The notes beneath the pieces were generated by a model. The model was not told the origin of the DNA, ran no database searches, and saw only the letters and a program-made list of their open reading frames with translations. Source: Microcoleus sp. GA_180221_E-2-1-MAG-45_12 (lineage in GTDB: Bacteria; Cyanobacteriota; Cyanobacteriia; Cyanobacteriales; JAAUUE01). From it: a DNA stretch of 44,853 bases. A program made the position numbers and the translations under genes. Location: the NCBI GenBank assembly GCA_020692245.1, contig JAIMKT010000019.1:10659-55511 (forward strand). Direction: 5' to 3'. Shown piece by piece: positions 1-9,235 of the stretch; position 1 is the stretch's first letter, and each line of letters starts with the position of its first letter.

Positions 1-301
1 CCGCCCCCCGCAGGTCAGCCCCTTGGAGCATCACCCCGTGGAGATCCGCATCATGGAGTTTGGCTCCGTTCAATTTAGCTTGGTTGAGATTTGCCCCACA
101 GAGTTTACTAGAAGTTAAATTAGCTTGCCCCAAATCTGCCCGACTGAGGTAGGTAAAAGTCAGGTTGGTATTGTGGAGATCTGCTCGCTGCAACCCAATC
201 CCAATCAGGTCTGCCCCAAATAAATTTATGCCACTGAGATTAATCCCCGTAAACTTTGTCTGTCCAGCCTCGTAGCGTTTAATCAGTTCCTTCCCATCCA
301 T
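1..301 (-). CDS. Pentapeptide repeat protein (5' part; runs off window start)
   Basis: Manual translation from ATG at 301: MDGKELIKRYEAGQTKFTGINLSGINLFGADLIGIGLQRADLHNTNLTFTYLSRADLGQANLTSSKLCGANLNQAKLNGAKLHDADLHG...; A(D/N)Lxx repeats; not in ORF track. Confidence 0.9.
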   Translation of the reverse strand, partial: MDGKELIKRYEAGQTKFTGINLSGINLFGADLIGIGLQRADLHNTNLTFTYLSRADLGQANLTSSKLCGANLNQAKLNGAKLHDADLHGVMLQGADLRGA

Positions 302-319
302 TTTCTAGTCCCCACCCAA

Positions 320-374
320 GTTATTGAACCGCCATCCTACATAAATTGTAAATTGCCGTTATTGAACTGCCATC
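320..374. repeat. Two 17-bp direct repeats upstream of the pentapeptide gene
   Basis: GTTATTGAACCGCCATC (320-336) and GTTATTGAACTGCCATC (358-374), 1 mismatch, 38-bp period. Confidence 0.7.
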
Positions 375-482
375 ACCGACATTCAGCCATTTTTATTCCT
401 ACCTCAGTTCTATCATCTTTACTTGCGACTTTGAACATCTCCAACATCTCGATTATTTTGCACCCTCCCACCTCTTGAGCTT

Positions 483-1247
483 TTAAACCTCTGGCTTATT
501 CTCCAAAACTAACTCGGCTAGCCCTAGATAGGAAATTCCTTGGGGTGTAATCTCAAATCTACAGGGTAATACCTCTAAACCTTTGGCTAACCCTTCCCGG
601 AGCAGTTGACCATAGAGGCGATCGAACTCATCTCCCGGACTGAATCGATCGCAATCCCCCCGATTGATAAAATACAGCATTACTCCCCGGTATTGAGGTA
701 ACAAAGCTGTCAATTCTCGCAGATGCTTTTGTCCCCTCGTAGTTTCAGTATCGGGGAACAAAGCCAAGGGTGGCTGGGCAAGGGTGGTACTTTTCACTTC
801 TAGATAAACAGGGCTGAAACCCTCATCTCCAGTTAAGAGGAAATCTATGCGGCTATCTTTTGCCTCTCCATAGACAACTTCTGGGGTGATTTTTTGATAG
901 TTGCCCAGGGTCGGCAGTAGATATTTTTCTAAAACCAGCTTGGTAACACGGTTGGGCATGGCGGTGTTTACCCCGACCCAGACCCCATCAACCCTAATCA
1001 ACTCCCAAGTATAAGCTAGTTTCCGTTTGGGATTATTACTTTTTGAGACAAGAACTTCGCTACCGACAGTAGACACACCAGTCATAGGGCCAGTATTGGG
1101 ACAGTGGGCAGTGATAGTTTCTCCAGTCACCAACTCAATATCTGCAAAAAATCTTTTGTAGCGCTTGATTAATACACCTGCGTAGAGAGGAGGATAAGCA
1201 TAGATTAAATTCCCTGTCACCGAATCTTGAGAAGCCCCAGTGTTCAT
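483..1247 (-). CDS. sfsA: DNA/RNA nuclease SfsA (sugar fermentation stimulation protein)
   Basis: Motifs KRYKRFFADI, AHCPNTGPM, SRIDFLL, EVKSTTL, FPDTETTRGQKHL; start more likely ATG 1247 than 1298. Confidence 0.92.
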   Translation of the reverse strand: MNTGASQDSVTGNLIYAYPPLYAGVLIKRYKRFFADIELVTGETITAHCPNTGPMTGVSTVGSEVLVSKSNNPKRKLAYTWELIRVDGVWVGVNTAMPNRVTKLVLEKYLLPTLGNYQKITPEVVYGEAKDSRIDFLLTGDEGFSPVYLEVKSTTLAQPPLALFPDTETTRGQKHLRELTALLPQYRGVMLYFINRGDCDRFSPGDEFDRLYGQLLREGLAKGLEVLPCRFEITPQGISYLGLAELVLENKPEV

Positions 1248-1276
1248 TTTAATATCCAAAGTCAATAAAGGTGAAT

Positions 1277-1317
1277 TGTTATCAAATATACAGATCATAT
1301 AGGCAAATTAATACAAT
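1277..1317 (+). promoter_or_regulatory. Putative NtcA-activated promoter of amt1
   Basis: TGTTATCAAATATACA (TGT-N10-ACA; GTT-N8-TAC) at 1277-1292, then TACAAT (TAN3T) at 1312-1317, 20 nt downstream; cyanobacterial amt1 genes are known NtcA targets. Confidence 0.65.
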
Positions 1318-1476
1318 CTATGCTTTGTAAAACATATATCTGTGTGATCTACACAAGATTAATACCACATACTTTTTTCATATTTAGAAAGAAGTTTTGA
1401 CTAAGCTCTCAGGGGCTAGTCTCAAGGTATGTCAAGAAGAAAGACTTTGTACAATAACTAAGGGAAATTTGAGGAC

Positions 1477-3075
1477 ATGAGCATAAAAGTTCGTGGGTAT
1501 GGTGGGAGGAGACGCTCCAAAAGACCATCTAGAGAATTAACAAAGGCAATTAGCTTCTTTGAGGGCATTAAGCAGCAGATTAAAAGCTTACGTCCAACAG
1601 CTCAAGCCTGTATTCCGATCGCCATAATTATTGTGATGTTATGGGGTGTAGCTGTCCAAGCACAGGATGCACCGAGTGCACCGAGTACAGAAGACCAAAT
1701 GGCGGAACTAAAAGTTGGTCTGGATACCATGTGGGTCATGGTTGCAGGGATGCTAGTATTTTTTATGAATGCTGGCTTCGGGATGTTAGAAACTGGTTTT
1801 TGTCGCCAGAAAAATGCAGTCAACGTCCTTTCTAAGAACTTGATTGTTTTTGCCCTCGCCACTGTTGCTTTCTGGGCGCTCGGCTTTGGTTTGATGTTTA
1901 GTGATGGCAATCCTTTTGTTGGTACTAGCGGCGGTCTGTTCCTCAGTGGTGCGGACAATAGCCCTGCTACCGGAGATGCCTATGTAGGGATTTTTAGCTC
2001 CCTAAACTGGACTGGTGTGCCTCTGGCTGCGAAGTTTTTCTTCCAACTAGCCTTTGCAGGAACAGCCGCCACGATCGTCTCTGGGGCTGTGGCAGAACGC
2101 ATCAAATTCATGGAATTCTTGGTCTTTAGCTTGCTACTGATAGGAATTACCTACCCCATCACTGGACATTGGGTTTGGGGTGGTGGTTGGCTTTATACTT
2201 TGGGTTTCTGGGATTTTGCTGGTTCCAATGTCGTGCACGCCGTTGGTGGCTGGGCAGCTTTGATGGGGGCAGCAATCTTAGGCCCAAGAATTGGACGCTA
2301 CAACGCTGATGGCAGTAGTAATCCCATGCCCGGTCACAACATGAGTATTGCTACCTTGGGTTGTCTCATTCTTTGGTTGGGTTGGTTTGGATTTAACCCC
2401 GGCTCTACCATGGGTATTGGTGATGGCAGCGCGATCGCTCACATTGCTTTGACAACGAACATCGGGGCAGCGACTGGGGGAATTGCAGCAACTGCTACTG
2501 CTTGGATTTTCCTTGGTAAGCCCGACTTATCCATGATCATCAATGGTATTTTAGCTGGTCTAGTTTCGGTAACTGCGGGCTGCGCCTTTATCAATGTGCC
2601 TTCTGCTGCCATTATCGGCATTGTTGGTGGTGTGCTTGTGGTCTTTGCTGTGGGCTTCTTTGACAAGCTCCAGATTGATGACCCCGTAGGTGCAATCTCT
2701 GTTCACCTCTGTAATGGTGTCTGGGGAACCTTGGCGATCGGTCTGTTTGCTGTCGGTGGCAGTGAAGCAGAAGGCGCTCTCTATGGGCCCGGGCTAGGTC
2801 CAAATGCTGGGCTGCTCTTTGGTGGCGGTCTTGGCTCTCTTTGGACTCAGTTTATCGGGGTTGCTGCGGTGGGTGGCTTTACAGTCCTTCTTACCTCTAT
2901 TTTCTGGTACGCTCTCAAATTCACCGTTGGGATTAGAGTTACACCTGAAGAAGAAATGGAAGGATTAGATATTGGCGAACACGGCTTGGAGGCTTACTCT
3001 GGCTTTGTGAAACAGTCGGAAAGCACCCAAAGTAGCTATGGAGCGATCGATTCTGTAGAATCCAGCACTTACTAG
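1477..3075 (+). CDS. amt1: Ammonium transporter (Amt family)
   Basis: FFMNAGFGMLETG, FFFQLAFAGTAATIVSGAVAER, DFAGSNVVH, LWLGWFGFNPGS, IDDPVGAISVH, EEMEGLD; GAGG RBS. Confidence 0.97.
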   Translation: MSIKVRGYGGRRRSKRPSRELTKAISFFEGIKQQIKSLRPTAQACIPIAIIIVMLWGVAVQAQDAPSAPSTEDQMAELKVGLDTMWVMVAGMLVFFMNAGFGMLETGFCRQKNAVNVLSKNLIVFALATVAFWALGFGLMFSDGNPFVGTSGGLFLSGADNSPATGDAYVGIFSSLNWTGVPLAAKFFFQLAFAGTAATIVSGAVAERIKFMEFLVFSLLLIGITYPITGHWVWGGGWLYTLGFWDFAGSNVVHAVGGWAALMGAAILGPRIGRYNADGSSNPMPGHNMSIATLGCLILWLGWFGFNPGSTMGIGDGSAIAHIALTTNIGAATGGIAATATAWIFLGKPDLSMIINGILAGLVSVTAGCAFINVPSAAIIGIVGGVLVVFAVGFFDKLQIDDPVGAISVHLCNGVWGTLAIGLFAVGGSEAEGALYGPGLGPNAGLLFGGGLGSLWTQFIGVAAVGGFTVLLTSIFWYALKFTVGIRVTPEEEMEGLDIGEHGLEAYSGFVKQSESTQSSYGAIDSVESSTY

Positions 3076-3113
3076 CTGTCGATTAGTTGAAACAATTAAC
3101 TAATTATGCTTAC

Positions 3114-3161
3114 AAAAACACCACTTTCTGGGCTAGTCATAGCTTTGGGAAGTGGTTTTTT
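3114..3161 (+). terminator. Rho-independent terminator after amt1
   Basis: AAAAAC-ACCACTTTC...GGAAGTGGT-TTTTT stem-loop with T tail. Confidence 0.75.
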
Positions 3162-3222
3162 AGTGGCTTTTTAATGGCTTTTTTGTTAGGTTATTGGGGT
3201 TGATCAACTCAGGAATACGCCC

Positions 3223-4164
3223 ATGATATGGCAAACAAAAACTCCCGTAGCGATGATTGTTTTTAATCGTCCCAGCACTACTGAAAAGGTATTTGCCGCC
3301 GTCCGAGCAGCGAAACCCCCCAAGCTATTTTTGATTGCTGATGCCCCCCGCCCCGATCGACCAGAGGATACTGAAAAATGCGCCGCAGTGAGAGCGATCG
3401 TTGAACAGGTAGATTGGGATTGTGAAGTTTTTAAGAACTATGCGGAGACTAACTTGGGCTGTGGTGTCCGTCCCGCCTCTGGGATTGATTGGGTATTCGA
3501 GCAGGTAGAAGAAGCGATTATCCTTGAAGATGATTGTCTGCCCCATCCCTCTTTCTTTCGCTACTGTGATGAAATGCTGGAGTATTACCGAGATAATCCC
3601 CGGATTATGACCATCTGTGGCTTAAATATTCAGTTTGGGCGGCGGCGGACTCAGGATAGCTACTATTTTTCTCGATTTAATCACTGTTGGGGCTGGGCAA
3701 GTTGGCGGCGGGCTTGGCAGCATTTTGACTACCACCTGAAACTTTGGCCAGAAGTCAAGGAAGGGGACTGGTTGATGGATTTGCTGGAAGATGATTATTC
3801 TGTAAAGATTTGGACAGATGTTTTTGACAAGGCGGCTGCCGATCAGCTCAATGGTTGCTGGGATTTTCAATGGACTTTTGCGGCTTGGCTCCAAGGTGGT
3901 CTGGCTGTATTACCGAATGTCAATTTAATTTCTAATATTGGTCATCATGCCGACGGCACCCATACCCTGTCCAAAAATAACGACTACGACACCATGGATG
4001 TGGAAGAAATGCAATTCCCGCTGATCCACCCCCGGTTTATTATTCGTGATCGACAGGCGGATCTATTTACCCAAAACACCTACTACGATTACCATCCGGG
4101 GCTTACTAAAAAAGTTCGGAAAAAGTTACGGCTGTTGTTGAAGGGTTCCCTTGTCAAACAGTGA
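3223..4164 (+). CDS. GT-A fold glycosyltransferase (HlpA-like / GT2-related)
   Basis: TPVAMIVFNRP, LFLIADAPR, NLGCG, IILEDD (DxD-like), WGWASWRRAW, WDFQW, NLISNIG. Confidence 0.82.
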   Translation: MIWQTKTPVAMIVFNRPSTTEKVFAAVRAAKPPKLFLIADAPRPDRPEDTEKCAAVRAIVEQVDWDCEVFKNYAETNLGCGVRPASGIDWVFEQVEEAIILEDDCLPHPSFFRYCDEMLEYYRDNPRIMTICGLNIQFGRRRTQDSYYFSRFNHCWGWASWRRAWQHFDYHLKLWPEVKEGDWLMDLLEDDYSVKIWTDVFDKAAADQLNGCWDFQWTFAAWLQGGLAVLPNVNLISNIGHHADGTHTLSKNNDYDTMDVEEMQFPLIHPRFIIRDRQADLFTQNTYYDYHPGLTKKVRKKLRLLLKGSLVKQ

Positions 4165-4222
4165 TCCAAATTTAGCTAGACTAGATAGAAGTTTTTGGTG
4201 ACGTGATTTTAGGTGAATTTTT

Positions 4223-5593
4223 GTGGGTATTAAAGTTGGTTTATTGGGTTTAGGGACAGTAGGAGCAGGGACAGCGACAATTTTGTTGAGTCCTCAGGGT
4301 CGTCATCCCTTATTAGCAGAAGTAGAATTAGCTGGGGTCGGGGTGCGATCGCTCACCAAGCCGAGGGAGGTAAATTTACCACCAGAAATCTTGACTACGG
4401 ATTTAGCGCAGATTGTTCGATCGCCGGAGATAGATATTGTCATCGAAGTTTTGGGGGGAATTGAGCCAGCCCGGAGTTTGGTTTTGGAAGCGATCGCCCA
4501 CGGTAAACATATTATTACTGCCAATAAAGCCTTGATTGCTCGCCACGGGGACGAAATCTATACTGCCGCCAACCATGCTGGGGTCTACGTGATGCTAGAA
4601 GCGGCGGTGGCTGGAGGGATTCCCATTATCCAAACCCTGAAGCAAACCCTAGGGGTGAATCGAATTCAGACGATTACTGGCATTATTAACGGCACCACTA
4701 ACTATATTCTCACCCGAATGCGGGAAGAGGGGGGGGACTTTGGGGATATTCTCGCCGATGCCCAAAAGCTGGGTTACGCTGAAGCCGACCCCACGGCAGA
4801 TGTAGATGGTCTGGATGCATCGGATAAAATTTCGATTTTGGCTTCCCTAGGATTTGGGGGCAGAATTAAGCTGGAAGATGTTTATTGTGAAGGGATTCGA
4901 TCGATCACCAAAACAGACATTGCCTACGCCGAGCAGTTGGGTTTTGTGATTAAGCTGCTGGCGATCGCCTCTAGGGATAAAGCTCATCCCGACCAATCGC
5001 CCCCCAGGTTATCGGTACGAGTCCATCCGACCCTCATTCCCCAAGACCATCCCCTCGCTAGTATCAACGGGGTCTACAATGCTGTATCGGTGGTGGGTGA
5101 ACCCTTGGGACAAGTAGTATTTGAGGGGCCCGGAGCCGGAGCCGGAGCTACTGCTAGTTCCGTGGTAGCGGATCTACTGCAAGTGCTGGCGGTGCTGAAA
5201 ACTAAGGCAGTGTGGAGTCAGGCAGGAGTTCCCGATACTGGCGATGGTTCCAAGATCAGCCTCTTGCATCCCCTCTTAAGTTGCGCCCATCAGGAGTATT
5301 GTGAAATTTCCACCATGGAAGAGTTAAAAACTCGCTTTTATACTCGGTTCATTACTAGTGATCAGCCGGGGGTGATTGGCAAATTAGGGACAATTTTTGG
5401 TGATCATCAAGTTAGCATTGAGTCGATCGTCCAGAAAGATATCTATGAAAAAGATACCCATGAAGCGGCGGCGGAGATTGTAGTTGTCACCCATAATGTG
5501 GCAGAAGGAAATTTTCGAGCAGCGATCGAAGAAATTAAACAACTCCCTACAGTTCAGAGTGTCTCTAGCATGATTCGAGTCTTGGAACCGTAA
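4223..5593 (+). CDS. hom: Homoserine dehydrogenase with C-terminal ACT domain
   Basis: GLGTVG, TANKA, EAAVAGGIP, NGTTNYIL, GYAEADPTADVDG, GPGAGAGATAS, DQPGVIG (ACT). Confidence 0.96.
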   Translation: MGIKVGLLGLGTVGAGTATILLSPQGRHPLLAEVELAGVGVRSLTKPREVNLPPEILTTDLAQIVRSPEIDIVIEVLGGIEPARSLVLEAIAHGKHIITANKALIARHGDEIYTAANHAGVYVMLEAAVAGGIPIIQTLKQTLGVNRIQTITGIINGTTNYILTRMREEGGDFGDILADAQKLGYAEADPTADVDGLDASDKISILASLGFGGRIKLEDVYCEGIRSITKTDIAYAEQLGFVIKLLAIASRDKAHPDQSPPRLSVRVHPTLIPQDHPLASINGVYNAVSVVGEPLGQVVFEGPGAGAGATASSVVADLLQVLAVLKTKAVWSQAGVPDTGDGSKISLLHPLLSCAHQEYCEISTMEELKTRFYTRFITSDQPGVIGKLGTIFGDHQVSIESIVQKDIYEKDTHEAAAEIVVVTHNVAEGNFRAAIEEIKQLPTVQSVSSMIRVLEP

Positions 5594-5596
5594 GCA

Positions 5597-5710
5597 CAGT
5601 TATTCAGTGAACAGTTATCAGTTATCAGTTACTTGTACTGAGCGGAGTCGAGGTATCAGCGAACATTTACTTTTACTAATTTGGACTGAGCGGAGTCGGA
5701 GTGGCAGTTA
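5597..5710. repeat. STRR heptamer array (CAGTTAT/CAGTGAA) with two embedded SDR/REP-like elements
   Basis: CAGTGAA CAGTTAT CAGTTAT CAGTTA, then CTTGTACTGAGCGGAGTCGAGG (5632-5653) and TTGGACTGAGCGGAGTCGGAG (5681-5701). Confidence 0.75.
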
Positions 5711-5748
5711 AGAAGTTAATATGTCTGAGTTTAATTAACCTAACCGAT

Positions 5749-6256
5749 TTATTGGCTTTCTCCCGTGGGGAAGCTACTGCGCTTGGTGAAATCTTCGGGG
5801 CGAACTCCGGCTAAAAATTCTCGGAAGGCTCTTCTTTCCTGTTCATCGGCATCTCGATCGACCGGAATCGAGGCATCGGCAATTACTTCCTCCATTACCC
5901 AAATGGGGCTGCCAGTCCGCACTGCCATGGCGATCGCATCACTGGGACGAGCATCAAATTCCTTAACCACTTCTCCCTGCCGCACGCAAAGCACCGCATA
6001 AAAAGTATCACTCTGGAGGGAATGAATAATTATCTTTTCTAAGGTTAGATCCCAAGCCTCAATCATTGTCACCATCAAATCGTGGGTCATGGGACGGGGG
6101 GGAGTTTGTCTTTCCAAAGCACTGATGATTGCCTTAGCCTGATCTTGACCAATATAAATTGGCAGCGCCCGCCGATCTTCATAATCTTTCAAGAGCACGA
6201 TCGGACTACGGGTGACGGCTTCTAATGCAATGCCAGCAACTTTCATTTCAATCATT
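5749..6256 (-). CDS. Bifunctional nuclease family protein (DUF151)
   Basis: MIEMKVAGIAL...PIVLLKD...LPIYIG...RPMTHDL...DARPSDAIAMA; start at MIEMKV (ATG 6256) preferred over TTG 6303. Confidence 0.9.
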
Positions 6257-6503
6257 AGTTTTGCCTCTAAAGTCGGGTCACTAGTTGGTAGGGAAAAGTC
6301 CAACTGAAAAAATTATCCATAAATTGTCGCTATAGTATTATATTGGCATTGGGAATAGTTAATTTACCAATCCATCAAAATTCTGGAGAATAAACCACTT
6401 TTTTTTGAAGAAACTATCCAAGCAAACTATATTCTTTTAGTATGCCTCAAGGTCAGGTTACTTTAGCCTTAGTTTTAAATTAGTTTAAACAAGATATTTT
6501 AAG

Positions 6504-6615
6504 GGCGTTGCTGGATTAAGGGATGAAAAATATTTGTCCAAAATTTTAGATGCTTACATTGACTACTTTTGACAATCTGCATCATTGACAATTCATACTG
6601 CCACTCAGCAACGCC
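6504..6615. mobile_element. MITE, 112 bp, imperfect TIRs, 8-bp target-site duplication
   Basis: Left end GGCGTTGCTGGATTAAGGGATGAA; right end TTCATACTGCCACTCAGCAACGCC (outer 10 bp perfect IR); ATTTTAAG at both 6496-6503 and 6616-6623; no coding capacity. Confidence 0.85.
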
Positions 6616-6738
6616 ATTTTAAGCAAAGTTTTTGATAATTTTCTCCAGTGAATTTACTGAAAAATATTTTTTTAGAATTCATTAATTCTTGAGAAACTAC
6701 TTCCCGACCAAAAATCTCTCCTAATACCTAAGCAAGCA

Positions 6739-7416
6739 ATGTTTACTGGGCTAGTCCAATCGATCGGCGAAATCAAGGCAGTAGGTCAAGACAGTTGGCA
6801 AGTTAGTTACCCAGAAAAATCTCCTGTTGGTCATGGCTTGGAGCTAGGAGATAGTGTGGCAGTAGATGGGATTTGTTTAACGGTGGAAGAAATAACTGCC
6901 CAAGGATTTTTGGCAAGTGTTTCCCCAGAGACTCTCCAGCGCACCACTCTTGCATCTTTACAAACCAAAATTGTGAACTTAGAAACTTCCCTCAAAGTTG
7001 GCAGTAAGTTGGGCGGTCACTTTGTCACGGGACACATTGACGGCGTAGGGAGTTTAACGGTTTCCGTAGTTAATGCTAGTTCTTGGGAAATGAGATTTGC
7101 GGCTCCCAGGGGTTTAGAACCAGAGTGGCAAGAGGCGATCGCTCCCTACCTTGTTCCCAAGGGTAGTGTGGCAGTAAATGGCGTGAGCTTGACGGTGGCA
7201 GCCTGCGATCCAGAGGGTAGTTGGTTTCAAGTGGCGGTGATTCCCCATAGTTTCAGCCAGACCAATTTGGCAACCCTGAAGGTGGGCGATCGAGTCAATA
7301 TTGAGGCAGATATTCTCAGTAAGTACGTAGAAAAATTAATCAGCCACCCCCGTTTATCTCGCAACCATAGAGAGGATATCACCCCAGACTTTTTGGCAGA
7401 ACACGGATATGTGTAA
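6739..7416 (+). CDS. ribE: Riboflavin synthase (alpha chain)
   Basis: MFTGLV N-terminus, GDSVAVDGICLTV, LGGHFVTGHIDG, KGSVAVNGVSLTV, VNIEADILSKY. Confidence 0.96.
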   Translation: MFTGLVQSIGEIKAVGQDSWQVSYPEKSPVGHGLELGDSVAVDGICLTVEEITAQGFLASVSPETLQRTTLASLQTKIVNLETSLKVGSKLGGHFVTGHIDGVGSLTVSVVNASSWEMRFAAPRGLEPEWQEAIAPYLVPKGSVAVNGVSLTVAACDPEGSWFQVAVIPHSFSQTNLATLKVGDRVNIEADILSKYVEKLISHPRLSRNHREDITPDFLAEHGYV

Positions 7417-7550
7417 ACAGTGAACAGTTATCAGTTATCAGTTATCAGTAAATAGGATAGTTAATAGTTGATAGCTAATAGTAGTTGCGACTTTAGTCGC
7501 CAATGCCCAGCAAATATAGGCTTCTTAAACATTCTCTAACTGATAATTGA
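7417..7550. repeat. STRR heptamer array, GTAG-type palindrome and inverted heptamers
   Basis: CAGTGAA(CAGTTAT)3CAGTAAA; GTAGTTGCGACTTTAGTCGC (7481-7500); TAACTGATAATTGA (7537-7550). Confidence 0.7.
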
Positions 7551-7554
7551 AATT

Positions 7555-8523
7555 ATGGATTATATTCTCAAGGCAACTCCAAAAACAGTCCATCTTGGGG
7601 GATTTTCGGCAAACTTACCTCCGGCTTTGGTGGTGGAGTCGGGCGATCGAGTAGAGGTGGAAACTTATACTGGGTTTAAAATTTATGACCAAGCTCCGCC
7701 GGAATTTTTGACCCCGGAATTTGTAGAAATTTGCCAAACATTAGGAGAGGAACGAAAAGTTGGGCCAGGACCTCATCTGCTCACGGGGCCAATCTATGTC
7801 CAGAATGCTGAACCCGGTGATGTGTTGGAAGTTTGCCTTGAGTCTATTTCGCCTCGGTTAAGTGTGGGGTTTAATGCCATTCGTCCCGGTTGGGGAGCCT
7901 TACCCGAAGATTTTCCCGACCATGCCCTGCGGTTTATTCACCTAGATTTGGCGGCGCAGAATACAGAATTTCCTGTGGGTAGCGGGATTAAAATTCCCTT
8001 GAAACCATTTTTTGGGATTTTGGGGGTGGCAACGGAGGAAAGTACTCGATCGTCCGTCCCGCCGGGAATTTATGGGGGGAATGTGGATAATCGGGAATTG
8101 CAAGCTGGAACTAGGGTATTTTTACCAGTCTTTCTGCCGGGAGCCTTGTTTTCCCTAGGAGATGGTCATGCGGCTCAAGGAGATGGGGAGGTCAACGTTA
8201 CGGCGATCGAGACTTCGATGAATGGCACAATCCGCCTAATTCTCCATAAAGGTGTCGATATTACTCAACCCATTGGGGAAACTGCCACCGATTTTATTAG
8301 TATGGGCTTTGGGGAAACCCTCGATCGAGCCTTTGAAATTGCCCTGAAAAACATGATTGAATTACTAGTAAAACTAACAGGAATTGACAAAGAAGAAGCC
8401 TATGTTCTCTGTAGTTTAGCGGTGAATTTTCATATCACCCAAGTCGTTAATGCACCCCAAAAAGGAGTCCACGGGATGTTACCAAAGGCAATCTTACCAA
8501 AGGATATTAATTGGCAGTTTTAA
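7555..8523 (+). CDS. Acetamidase/formamidase family protein
   Basis: GPHLLTGPIYVQNAEPGDVLEV, PPGIYGGNVDN, FSLGDGHAAQGDGEV, EEAYVLCSLA. Confidence 0.92.
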   Translation: MDYILKATPKTVHLGGFSANLPPALVVESGDRVEVETYTGFKIYDQAPPEFLTPEFVEICQTLGEERKVGPGPHLLTGPIYVQNAEPGDVLEVCLESISPRLSVGFNAIRPGWGALPEDFPDHALRFIHLDLAAQNTEFPVGSGIKIPLKPFFGILGVATEESTRSSVPPGIYGGNVDNRELQAGTRVFLPVFLPGALFSLGDGHAAQGDGEVNVTAIETSMNGTIRLILHKGVDITQPIGETATDFISMGFGETLDRAFEIALKNMIELLVKLTGIDKEEAYVLCSLAVNFHITQVVNAPQKGVHGMLPKAILPKDINWQF

Positions 8524-8549
8524 TTATTTAATTTGGGTAGAAAAAACAC

Positions 8550-8987
8550 TTAAGATAAATTTTCTAAATCAGCCAAGTCTTGCAACCTTCCTGATGCCCT
8601 TTTATTTTTTCTGAGGTTCTCTAGGTCGATAAAATCGAGATTTACACCATCAATTATAACTTCTACTTTTGATGCATAGCATTCCTCAAACTCCACACCA
8701 TCGGGACTTGTAATCAAATCTATTCGGTTAGGAGGATACCCTAATTGAACTACTTGATTAGAAACAAGAAAGTCGTTAGGTTTTAACTCTAGGGAACCAA
8801 AACCAAACTGTTCTAGAGCTTTAATGATCTTTTCAGCGTTATCCAAGCTTATTTCAATCCAAATGTCGATATCTTTTGTGTAACGAGGATATCCATGAAA
8901 AGCAACTGCGTAACCACCAATAATCAAGTATCGAACCTGATTATCATTTAAGGATTGTATAAACTCTTTGAAATCTTGATTCAGCAC
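8550..8987 (-). CDS. Nucleotidyltransferase-fold protein (putative toxin-antitoxin component)
   Basis: YLIIGGYAVAFHGYPRYTKDIDIW (GG...DxD), C-terminal NKRASGRLQDLADLE; GTG start overlapped by upstream small ORF. Confidence 0.8.
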   Translation of the reverse strand: MLNQDFKEFIQSLNDNQVRYLIIGGYAVAFHGYPRYTKDIDIWIEISLDNAEKIIKALEQFGFGSLELKPNDFLVSNQVVQLGYPPNRIDLITSPDGVEFEECYASKVEVIIDGVNLDFIDLENLRKNKRASGRLQDLADLENLS

Positions 8988-9120
8988 CGTATTTCCATTG
9001 ATGAAACTCCTGACGAATTTGCTCTAAGCAGGCAAGCCGGTCTTGGTAAGATTGACCCTGCCAATAAGTAAAATCACTTTTGGATTCGTGGAGATTAACT
9101 TTTTGATAAACAATTTGCAT
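8944..9120 (-). CDS. 58-aa hypothetical protein, probable partner of the nucleotidyltransferase
   Basis: Manual translation MQIVYQKVNLHESKSDFTYWQGQSYQDRLACLEQIRQEFHQWKYGAESRFQRVYTILK*; overlaps downstream gene by 44 bp; below ORF-track cutoff. Confidence 0.7.
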   Translation of the reverse strand: MQIVYQKVNLHESKSDFTYWQGQSYQDRLACLEQIRQEFHQWKYGAESRFQRVYTILK

Positions 9121-9235
9121 TTTTAGAGATGACTATGATTTTTAGAATTGCCTAGATTGATTTGCTGGTTTATTTGATCTTAGATTTATAACCTTGATCT
9201 GAATTTTAGTCATACCTAAGACAATTCACTAAAAT

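Noticed and set aside
320-374. Mini-CRISPR or fluoride riboswitch (GATGG...GTTC on the minus strand)
   Set aside because: Only two 17-bp units, and the riboswitch pairing and crcB context are absent.
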